Shown: positions 49,840 through 62,000 of the stretch, piece after piece
Numbering within the stretch: position 1 is the stretch's first letter
Layout: each line of letters starts with the position of its first letter
Translations under genes and position numbers: made by a program
The notes under the pieces: generated by a model
What the model saw: the letters and a program-made list of their open reading frames with translations, nothing else
Databases searched by the model: none
Told to the model about the DNA's origin: nothing
Assembly (NCBI GenBank): GCA_964016885.1
Contig: OZ024740.1
Span: 4,278,001-4,342,000, forward strand
Origin: Eledone cirrhosa
Lineage: Eukaryota
Length of the DNA stretch: 64,000 bases
Direction: 5' to 3'

Positions 49840-52800
49840 GCTACAAATTTTTCTGGGTGGGAAATGACGATGGGATGGGTGGTGTAGGTATACTATTAGC
49901 TGACAAGTGGGTAGATAAAGTAATCTCAGTGTACAGGGTAAATGCAAGAATCATTAAACTCAGACTAGTCCTGAATAAGACAATTACCACAATAATATCA
50001 GCTTACGCACCCCAATCGGGGCTGCCAGACGAACTTAAGGATAGGTTTTACGAGTCCCTAATACACACTACTGCTCTAACAGACGACAAGGACTTCCTAA
50101 TCATTGCAGGAGATTTTAACGGACACGTAGGTAAACACTGCGACGGCTACAATAGAGTACATGGAGGCCATGGAGTTGGCACAAGGAATGAGGAAGGATT
50201 CAGACTTCTAGAATTCTGCGACGCCAATGACATGTCGATATGTAACACAAACTTTAAAAAACCCGACAACCACCTGATCACCTATAGATCAGGGGAGCAC
50301 TCTAGTCAGTTAGATTTTATCCTCATCAGAGGACGTGACAGATGGACGGTCGTAAACACAAAAGCCTTCCCTAGTGAGGAATGTACATCCCAACAAAGCT
50401 TAGTTGTCAGCGACCTCACGGTCAGAACTAGACGAGCCCTGAAACAGAGGCCAACCTGGAGAAGAAAGATCTGGAAGCTGAAAGTCCCCTCAACCAGTAA
50501 CAGATTTAAAGATATTTTACTCAACGTCTACGACAGTAAAGAAGAACAGATAGAGACATTTAACGTAGAAGAGAACTGGGAGTTCCTAAAAAATAACTTA
50601 CTAGAGGCGACGGATGAGGTTTGTGGCTGGAGTAAGACCTCAAGCAGGAGGAGAGTGACTTGGTGGTGGAACAATAAGGTAGATGAAGCAGTCAAGGCCA
50701 AGAGACAGGCATGGAAAGAATGGAAGAACGGGGGGGAGCAGGGTACATTACATAGAGACCAAGAGGGAAGCTAGGCGACAAGTATACTTAGCTAGGAGGG
50801 AAGCAGAGGATAGAAAATTCAAGCATGTTTTACAACGTGAGGACCAGAAACAGGAGGTATTCAAGATTGCGAGGCAGTGTGTCAGAGATAGTTGTGATGT
50901 CATTGGAGAGAAGTGTATCCGGAATGATAAAGGTGAGCTTGCCCTCACAAGTGCTGAGAAGAAAGATGCATGGAAGAGTCATTATGATAGATTACTAAAT
51001 GAAGAGAATGCATGGGAAGAAGAGACCCTACCCCACGTAGACACTATAGAGGGACCAGCAGTACAAGTCAGCGGCAGCGTAGTAAGTAAGGCAATCAGAG
51101 ATATGAAGATAGGGAAGGCAACCGGTCCATCGGGTATAGCTGCCGAGATGCTGAAGGCATCTGGGTCTGTAGGTCACACTATAACCACACGTATCGTTAA
51201 CCAGGTAATACTAGAGGGGGCCATACCAAAAGATTGGTGCAGTAGCATCATTGTCAACTGCTACAAAGGTAAAGGCGATGCACTAGATAGAGGAAACTAT
51301 AGAGGTATAAAGGACCAGGTCATGAAAGTAACAGAAAGAATTATAGCACAGCTGATTAGGGACCGGGTGAATATAGACGAGATGCAATTTGGGATTGTAC
51401 CAGGGAAAGGCACCACTGATGCCCTCTTCCTTGTGAGGCAATTACAGGAAAAGTACCTAGCTAAAAGTAAGCCACTCTACTTGGCATTTGTCGACCTTGA
51501 GAAAGCCTTTGACAGAGTTCCACGTGCAGTAATCTGGTGGGCTCTTAGAAAACTAGGAGTAGATGAATGGCTTGTGAAAGCGGTACAAGCCATGTATAGG
51601 GGAGCAGTCAGCAAAGTTAGGATTAGCAATGAGTATAGCGAGGAATTTAGCGTACAGGTTGGGGTCCACCAGGGCTCTGTTCTTAGCCCTCTCCTGTTCA
51701 TCATAGTCCTGCAGGCAATAACGGAGGAGTTTAAGACCGGATGCCCATGGGAACTCCTGTATGCTGATAACCTCGCACTCATAGCTGAATCTATGGTAGA
51801 ACTAGAGAATAAATTCCAAACCTGGAAGCAGGGACTAGAGAGAAAGGGCCTCAAAGTCAACATGACAAAGACTAAGGTCCTTATAAGTAGACGAGAAAAC
51901 AGAACCCAGATCCCCTCAGGGAAATGGCCTTGCTCAGTATGTAGGAAAGGTGTAGGTAGGAACTCCATTCTCTGCCCCAAATGCAAACAATGGGTACACA
52001 AGAGATGTAGCGGGATCTCAGGAAGCTTAATTAAGAATGTAGGATTCACATGCAGCAGCTGTGCTGAAACAGCAAGCAAACAGCCATAGGAAACAAGTAC
52101 CACCAATCTCTGGGAGGGCCCTGTAGAAACAGTAGACAGCTTCTGCTACCTAGGTGACCGAATTAGCAACGGAGGTGGGTGCTCAGAAAGTACAATAACT
52201 AGGGTAAGAACGGGATGGAAGAAGTTTAGGGAACTACTACCACTGCTAGCTGCAAAAGGCTTCTCCCTCAGAATGAAAGGCAGACTGTATGATGCGTGTA
52301 TCCGAACAGCGATGTTGCATGGTAGTGAGACCTGGGCGCTGAAGGTGGAAGACTTACGTAGATTAGAGAGAAACGAAGCCTGCATGCTCCGATGGATGTG
52401 TAACAGTAATATACGTGAGCGACAAAGCATAAAGGAATTGAGAGAGAGACTGAGCATAAGAGGAATCAAATGCTGCGTGCAGGAGAGGCGGTTACGCTGG
52501 TATGGACATGTGATGCGTATGAAGGATGACAGCTGCATAAAAAGGTGCAGAGCACTAGAAGTTGATGGAAACCGCGGAGTGGGGAGACCCAAGATGACTT
52601 GGGATGAGGTGATAAAAGCCGACCTTACCCAACTACACCTCTCAAAGTCAATGACAGACGACCGTCACTTCTGGCGTCACGCAGTAATACAGGGTACCCG
52701 ACCTCCCATGGGTACATGCTGAAGCATATAAACAATATGCCTCCACTCCCCCCACCGCAAGGTGGTCGTGGAGGTGCCACGGCAAAAAAGCACCCAGCCC

Positions 52801-53024
52801 ACACTGTAAAGTGGACGTGTAGGCGCCACGAAAAAGCACCCAGCACTCACTGTAAATGAGGTTGGTGTTAGGAAGGGCATCCAGCTGTAGAAATCAAGCC
52901 AGATCAGTTCCTGTATGAGCAAGGCATGGTCAGCCGACCAGACACTGCTCACAACAGGACAACCCGTCTAACCCATGCTAGCGTGGAAGAACGGACGTAA
53001 AACGGTGATGATGATGATGATGAT
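49840..53024 (+). mobile_element. 5'-truncated RTE-clade LINE with PHD-like finger and (TGA)n tail; inactivated
   Basis: Starts mid-endonuclease (YKFFWVG..GVGILL), ends AACGGACGTAAAACGG(TGA)n. Flanking GATAGT repeats at 49834-49839 and 53025-53030. Confidence 0.93.
49842..52722 (+). pseudogene. RTE ORF2 pseudogene: partial APE endonuclease, RT, PHD-like Cys/His finger, C-terminal domain
   Basis: SAYAPQ, AGDFNGHVG, QLDFIL, WWWN, NYRGIK, FVDLEKAFD, GVHQGSVLSP, YADN (catalytic D>N, 51760-51771), FCYLG, LRWYGHV, GRPK.TW. Frameshift near 50730; in-frame TAG at 52087. Confidence 0.93.
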
Positions 53025-56000
53025 GATAGTATGTCAGTACTAGATTGGTACTTTATCAACCTAGATAGTATGTCAGTACTAGACTGGTACTTTATCAACT
53101 AGATAGTATGTCAGTACTAGACTGGTACTTTATCAACTAGATAGTATGTCAGTACTAGATTGGTACTTTATCAACTAGATATTATGTCAGTACTAGACTG
53201 GTACTTTATCACCCTAGATAGTATGTCAGTACTAGATTGGTACTTTATCAACTAGATAGTATGTCAGTACTAGACTGGTACTTTATCAACCTAGATAGTA
53301 TGTCAGTACTAGACTGGTACTTTATCAACTAGATAGTATGTCAGTACTAGACTGGTACTTTATCAACCTAGATAGTATGTCAGTACTAGACTGGTACTTT
53401 ATCAACTAGATAGTATGTCAGTAGTAGACTGGTACTTTATCAACTAGATATTATGTCAGTACTAGATTGGGACTTTATCAACCTAGATAGTATGTCAGTA
53501 GTAGACTGGTACTTTATCAACCTAGATAGTATGTCAGTAGTAGACTGGTACTTTATCAACCTAGATAGTATGTCACTACTAGACTGGTACTTTATCAACC
53601 TAGATAGTATGTCAGTAGTAGACTGGTATTTTATCAACTAGATAGTATGTCAGTACTAGACTGGTACTTTATCAACTAGATAGTATGTCAGTACTAGACT
53701 GGTACTTTATCAACCTAGATGGTATGTTAGTACTAGACTGGTACTTTATCAACTAGATAGTATGTCAGTAGTAGACTGGTACTTTATCAACTAGATAGTA
53801 TGTCAGTACTAGACTGGTACTTTATCAATCTAGAGAGTATGTCAGTACTAGACTGGTACTTTATCAACCTAGATAGTATGTCAGTAGTAGACTGGTACTT
53901 TATCAACCTAGATAGTATGTCAGTACTAGACTGGTACTTTATCACCCTAGATAGTATGTCAGTACTAGACTGGTACTTTATCAACCTAGATAGTATGTCA
54001 GTACTAGACTGGTACTTTATCAACTAGATAGTATGTCAGTACTAGACTGGTACTTTATCAACTAGATAGTATGTCAGTAGTAGACTGGTACTTTATCAAC
54101 TAGATAGTATGTCAGTACTAGACTGGTACTTTATCAACCTAGATAGTATGTCAGTACTAGACTGGTACTTTATCAACTAGATAGTATGTCAGTACTAGAC
54201 TGATACTTTATCACCCTAGATAGTATGTCAGTACTAGACTAGTACTTTATCAACTAGATAGTATGTCAGTACTAGACTGGTACTTTATCACCCTAGATAG
54301 TATGTCAGTACTAGACTAGTACTTTATCACCCAAGATAGTATGTCCGTACTAGACTAGTACTTTATCAACCTAGATAGTATGTCAGTACTAGACTGGTAC
54401 TTTATCAACTAGATAGTATGTCAGTACTAGACTTGTACTTTATCACCCTAGATAGTATGACAGTACTAGACTGGTACTTTATCAACCTAGATAGTATGTC
54501 AGTACTAGACTGGTACTTTATCAACTAGATACTATGTCAGTACTAGACTGGTACTTTATCAACCTAGATAGTATGTCAGTACTAGACTGGTACTTTATCA
54601 ACTAGATAGTATGTCAGTAGTAGACTGGTACTTTATCAACTAGATATTATGTCAGTACTAGATTGGGACTTTATCAACCTAGATAGTATGTCAGTAGTAG
54701 ACTGGTACTTTATCAACCTAGATAGTATGTCAGTAGTAGACTGGTACTTTATCAACCTAGATAGTATGTCACTACTAGACTGGTACTTTATCAACCTAGA
54801 TAGTATGTCAGTAGTAGACTGGTATTTTATCAACTAGATAGTATGTCAGTACTAGACTGGTACTTTATCAACCTAGATAGTATGTCAGTACTAGACTGGT
54901 ACTTTATCAACCTAGATAGTATGTCAGTAGTAGACTGGTACTTTATCAACCTAGATAGTATGTCAGTACTAGACTGGTACTTTTTCAACCTAGATAGTAT
55001 GTCAGTACTAGACTGGTACTTTATCAACCTAGATAGTATGTCAGTACTAGACTGGTACTTTATCAACTAGATAGTATGTCAGTAGTAGACTGGTACTTTA
55101 TCAACCTAGATAGTATGTCAGTACTAGACTGGTACTTTATCAACCTAGATAGTATGTCAGTACTAGACTGGTACTTTATCAACCTAGATAGTATATTAGT
55201 ACTAGACTGGTACTTTATCAACCTAGATAGTATGTCCGTACTAGATTGGTACTTTATCAACCTAGATAGTATGTCAATACTAGACTGGTACTTTATCAAC
55301 TATATAGTATGTCAGTACTAGACTGGTACTTTATCAACCTAGATAGTATGTCAGTACTAGGCTGGTACTTTATCAACCTAGATAGTATGTCAGTACTAGA
55401 TTGGTACTTTATCAACCTAGATGGTATGTCAGTACTAGACTGGTACTTTATCAACCTAGATAGTATGTCAGTACTAGACTGGTACTTTATCAACCTAGAT
55501 AGTATGTCAGTACTAGACTGGTACTTTATCAACCTAGATAGTATGTCAGTACTTGAATGGTACTTTATCAACCTAGATGGTATGTCAGTACTAGACTGGT
55601 ACTTTATCAACCTAGATAGTATGTCAGCACTAGACTGGTACTTTATCAACCTAGATAGTATGTCAGTACTAGACAGGTTCTTTATCAACCTAGATAGTAT
55701 GTCAGTGCTAGACTGGTACTTTATCAACCTAGATAGTATGTCAGTACTAGACTGGTACTTCATCACCTAGATAGTATGTCAGTACTAGACTGGTACTTTA
55801 TCAACTAGATAGTATGTCAGTACTAGACTGGTACTTTATCAACTAGATAGTATGTCAGTACTAGACTGGTACTTTATCAACTAGATAGTATGTCAATACT
55901 AGACTGGTACTTAATCAACTAGATAGTATGTCAGTAGTAGACTGGTACTTTATCAACCTAGATAGTATGTCAGTACTAGACTGGTACTTTATCAACTAGA

Positions 56001-59000
56001 TAGTATGTCAGTACTAGACTGGTACTTTATCAACTAGATAGTATGTCAGTAGTAGACTGGTACTTTATCAACCTAGATAGTATGTCAGTAGTAGACTGGA
56101 ATTTTATCAACTAGATAGTATGTCAGTACTAGACTGGTACTTTATCAACCTAGATAGTATGTCACTACTAGACTGGTACTTTATCAAACTAGATGGTATG
56201 TCAGTACTAGACTGGTACTTTATCAACTAGATAGTATGTCAGTACTAGACTGGTACTTTATCAACCTAGATAGTATGTCAGTACTAGACTGGTACTTTAT
56301 CAATCTAGAGAGTATGTCAGTACTAGACTGGTACTTTATCAACCTAGATAGTATGTCAGTACTAGTCTGGTACTTTATCAACCTAGATGGTATGTCAGTA
56401 CTAGACTGGTACTTTATCAACTAGATAGTATGTCAGTACTAGACTGGTACTTTATCAACCTAGATAGTATGTCAGTACTAGTCTGGTACTTTATCAACCT
56501 AGAGAGTATGTCAGTACTAGACTGGTACTTTATCAACTAGATAGTATGTCAGTACTAGACTGGTACTTTATCAACATAGATAGTATGTCAGTACTAGACT
56601 AGTATTTTATCAACTAGATAGTATGTCAGTACTAGACTGGTACTTTATCACCCTAGATAGTATGTCAGTACTAGACTAGTACTTTATCAACCTAGATAGT
56701 ATGTCAGTAGTAGACAGGTACTTTATCAACTAGATAGTATGTCAGTACTAGACTGGTACTTTATCACCCTAGATAGTATGTCAGTACTAGACTGGTATTT
56801 TATCAACCTAGATAGTATGTCAGTACTAGACTGGTACTTTATCAACTAGATAGTATGTCAGTACTAGACTGGTACTTTATCAACTAGATAGTATGTCAGT
56901 ACTAGACTGGTACTTTATCAACCTAGATAGTATGTCAGTACTAGACTGGTACTTTATCAACCTAGATGGTATGTCAGTACTAGACTCGTACTTTATCAAC
57001 TAGATAGTATGTCAGTACTAGACTGGTACTTTATCAACCTAGAGAGTATGTCAGTACTAGACGGGTTCTTTATCATCCTAGATAGTATGTCAGTAGTAGA
57101 CTGGTCCTTTATCAACTAGATAGTATGTCAGTACTAGACTGGTACTTTATCACCCTAGATAGTATGTCAGTACTAGACTGGTACTTTATCAACCTAGATA
57201 GTATGTCAGTACTAGACTGGTACTTTATCAACCTAGATAGTATGTCAGTACTAGACTGGGACTTTATCAACCTAGATAGTATGTCAGTACTAGACTGGTA
57301 CTTTATCAAACTAGATAGTATGTCAGTACTAGACTGGTACTTTATCAACCTAGATAGTATGTCAGTACTAGGCTGGTACTTTATCAACCTAGATAGTATG
57401 TCAGTACTAGACTGGTACTTTATCAACCTAGATGGTATGTCAGTACTAGACTGGTACTTTATCAACCTAGATAGTATGTCAGTACTAGACTGGTACTTTA
57501 TCAACCTAGATAGTATGTCAGTACTAGACTGGTACTTTATCAACCTAGATAGTATATCAGTACTAGACTGGTACTTTATCAACCTAGATAGTATGTCAGT
57601 ACTAGATTGGTACTTTATCAACCTAGATAGTATGTCAATACTAGACTGGTACTTTATCAACTATATAGTATGTCAGTACTAGACTGGTACTTTATTAACC
57701 TAGATAGTATGTCAGTACTAGACTGGTACTTTATCAAACTAGATGGTATGTCAGTACTAGACTGGTACTTTATCAACCTAGATAGTATGTCAGTACTAGA
57801 CTGGTACTTTATCAACTAGATAGTATGTCAGTACTAGACTGGTACTTTATCAACTAGATAGTATGTCAGTACTAGACTGGTACTTTATCAACCTAGATAG
57901 TATGTCAGTACTAGTCTGGTACTTTATCAACCTAGATGGTATGTCAGTACTAGACTGGTACTTTATCAACTAGATAGTATGTCAGTACTAGACTGGTACT
58001 TTATCAACCTAGATAGTATGTCAGTACTAGTCTGGTACTTTATCAACCTAGAGAGTATGTCAGTACTAGACTGGTACTTTATCAACTAGATAGTATGTCA
58101 GTACTAGACTGGTACTTTATCAACCTAGATAGTATGTCAGTACTAGACAGGTACTTTATCAACTAGATAGTATGTCAGTACTAGACTGGTACTTTATCAC
58201 CCTAGATAGTATGTCAGTACTAGACTAGTATTTTATCAACTAGATAGTATGTCAGTACTAGACTGGTACTTTATCACCCTAGATAGTATGTCAGTACTAG
58301 ACTAGTACTTTATCAACCTAGATAGTATGTCAGTAGTAGACAGGTACTTTATCAACTAGATAGTATGTCAGTACTAGACTGGTACTTTATCACCCTAGAT
58401 AGTATGTCAGTACTAGACTGGTATTTTATCAACCTAGATAGTATGTCAGTACTAGACTGGTACTTTATCAACTAGATAGTATGTCAGTACTAGACTGGTA
58501 CTTTATCAACCTAGATAGTATGTCAGTACTAGACTGGTACTTTATCAACCTAGATGGTATGTCAGTACTAGACTCGTACTTTACCAACTAGATAGTATGT
58601 CAGTACTAGACTGGTACTTTATCAACCTAGATAGTAGGTCAGTACTAGACTGGTACTTTATCAACCTAGATAGTATGTCAGTACTAGACTGGTACTTTAT
58701 CAACCTAGATAGTATATCAGTACTAGACTGGTACTTTATCAACCTAGATAGTATATCAGTACTAGACTGGTACTTTATCAACTAGATAGTATGTCAGTAC
58801 TAGACTGGTACTTTATCAACTAGATAGTATGTCAGTACTAGACTGGTACTTTATCAACCTAGATAGTATGTCAGTACTAGACTGGTACTTTATCAACCTA
58901 GATAGTATGTCAGTAGTAGACTGGTACTTTATCAACCTAGATAGTATGTCAGTAGTAGACTGGTACTTTATCAACTAGATAGTATGTCAGTAGTAGACTG

Positions 59001-62000
59001 GTACTTTATCAACCTAGATAGTATGTCAATACTAGACTGGTACTTTATCAACCTAGATAGTATGTCAGTACTAGACTGGTTCTTTATCAACCTAGATAGT
59101 ATATCAGTACTAGACTGGTACTTTATCAACTAGATAGTATGTCAGTACTAGACTGGTACCTTATCAACCTAGATAGTATGTCAGTAGTAGACTGGTACTT
59201 TATCAACTAGATAGTATGTCAGTACTAGACTGGTACTTTATCAACAACATACTATGTCAGTACTAGACTGGTACTTTCCCAACTTAGATAGTATGTCAGT
59301 ACTAGACTGGTACTTTATCAACTAGATAGTATGTCAGTACTAGACTGGTACTTTATCAACCTAGATAGTATGTCAGTACTAGACTGGTACTTTATCAACC
59401 TAGATAGAATGTCAGTAGTAGACTGGTACTTTATCAACTATATAGTATGTCAGTACTAGACTGGTACTTTATCAACCTAGATAGTATATCAGTACTAGAC
59501 TGGTACTTTATCAACCTAGATAGTATGTCAGTACTAGATTGGTACTTTATCAACCTAGATAGTATGTCAATACTAGACTGGTACTTTATCAACTATATAG
59601 TATGTCAGTACTAGACTGGTACTTTATCAACCTAGATAGTATGTCAGTACTAGACTGGTACTTTATCAAACTAGATAGTATGTCAGTACTAGACTGGTAT
59701 TTTATCAACCTAGATAGTATGTCAGTACTAGACTGGTACTTTATCAAACTAGATAGCATGTCAGTACTAGACTGGTACTTTATCAACCTAGATAGTATGT
59801 CAGTACTAGACTGGTACTTTATCAACTAGATAGTATGTCAGTACTAGACTGGTACTTTATCAACTAGATAGTATGTCAGTAGTAGACTGGTACTTTATCA
59901 ACCTAGATAGTATGTCAGTACTAGACTGGTACTTTATCAACCTAGATAGTATGTCAGTACTAGACTGGTACTTTATCAACCTAGATAGTATGTCAGTACT
60001 AGACTGGTACTTTATCAAACTAGATAGTATGTCAGTACTAGACTGGTACTTTATCAACCTAGATAGTATATCAGTACTAGACTGGTACTTTATCAACCTA
60101 GATAGTATGTCAGTACTAGACTGGTACTTTATCAACCTAGATAGTATGTCAGTACTAGACTGGTACTTTATCAACCTAGATAGTATGTCAGTACTAGACT
60201 GGTACGTTATCAACTAGATAGTATGTCAGTACTAGACTGGTACTCTATCAACTTAGATATTATGTCAGTAATAGACTGGTACTTTATCAACTAGATAGTA
60301 TGTCAGTACTAGACTGGTACTTTATCAACCTAGATAGTATGTCAGTAGTAGACTGGTACTTTATCAACCTAGATAGTATGTCAGTACTAGACTGGTACTT
60401 TATTAACTATATAGTATGTCAGTACTAGACTGGTACTTTATCAACAAGATAGTATGTCAGTTCTAGACTGGTACTTTATCAACCTAGATAGTATGTCAGT
60501 ACTAGAGTGGTACGTTATCAACCTAGATAGTATGTCAGTACTAGACTGATACTTTATCAACTATATAGTATGTCAGTACTAGACTGGTACTTTATCAACC
60601 TAGATAGTAGGTCAGTACTAGACTGGTACTTTATCAACCTAGATAGTATGTCAGTACTAGACTGGTACTTTATCAACCTAGATAGTATATCAGTACTAGA
60701 CTCGTACTTTACCAACTAGATAGTATGTCAGTACTAGACTGGTACTTTATCAACTAGATAGTATGTCAGTACTAGACTGGTACTTTATCAACTAGATAGT
60801 ATGTCAGTACTAGACTGGTACTTTATCAACCTAGATAGTATGTCAGTACTAGACTGGTACTTTATCAACCTAGATAGTATGTCAGTAGTAGACTGGTACT
60901 TTATCAACCTAGATAGTATGTCAGTAGTAGACTGGTACTTTATCAACTAGATAGTATGTCAGTAGTAGACTGGTACTTTATCAACCTAGATAGTATGTCA
61001 ATACTAGACTGGTACTTTATCAACCTAGATAGTATGTCAGTACTAGACTGGTTCTTTATCAACCTAGATAGTATATCAGTACTAGACTGGTACTTTATCA
61101 ACTAGATAGTATGTCAGTACTAGACTGGTACCTTATCAACCTAGATAGTATGTCAGTAGTAGACTGGTACTTTATCAACTAGATAGTATGTCAGTACTAG
61201 ACTGGTACTTTATCAACAACATACTATGTCAGTACTAGACTGGTACTTTCCCAACCTAGATAGTATGTCAGTACTAGACTGGTACTTTATCAACTAGATA
61301 GTATGTCAGTACTAGACTGGTACTTTATCAACCTAGATAGTATGTCAGTACTAGACTGGTACTTTATCAACCTAGATAGAATGTCAGTAGTAGACTGGTA
61401 CTTTATCAACTATATAGTATGTCAGTACTAGACTGGTACTTTATCAACCTAGATAGTATATCAGTACTAGACTGGTACTTTATCAACCTAGATAGTATGT
61501 CAGTACTAGATTGGTACTTTATCAACCTAGATAGTATGTCAATACTAGACTGGTACTTTATCAACTATATAGTATGTCAGTACTAGACTGGTACTTTATC
61601 ACCCTAGATAGTATGTCAGTACTAGACTAGTATTTTATCAACTAGATAGTATGTCAGTACTAGACTGGTACTTTATCACCCTAGATAGTATGTCAGTACT
61701 AGACTAGTACTTTATCAACCTAGATAGTATGTCAGTAGTAGACAGGTACTTTATCAACTAGATAGTATGTCAGTACTAGACTGGTACTTTATCACCCTAG
61801 ATAGTATGTCAGTACTAGACTGGTATTTTATCAACCTAGATAGTATGTCAGTACTAGACTGGTACTTTATCAACTAGATAGTATGTCAGTACTAGACTGG
61901 TACTTTATCAACCTAGATAGTATGTCAGTACTAGACTGGTACTTTATCAACCTAGATGGTATGTCAGTACTAGACTCGTACTTTACCAACTAGATAGTAT

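Noticed and set aside
51477-52592. Antisense ORFs (209 and 148 aa) opposite the RT
   Set aside because: They are shadow frames of LINE coding sequence with no independent motifs.
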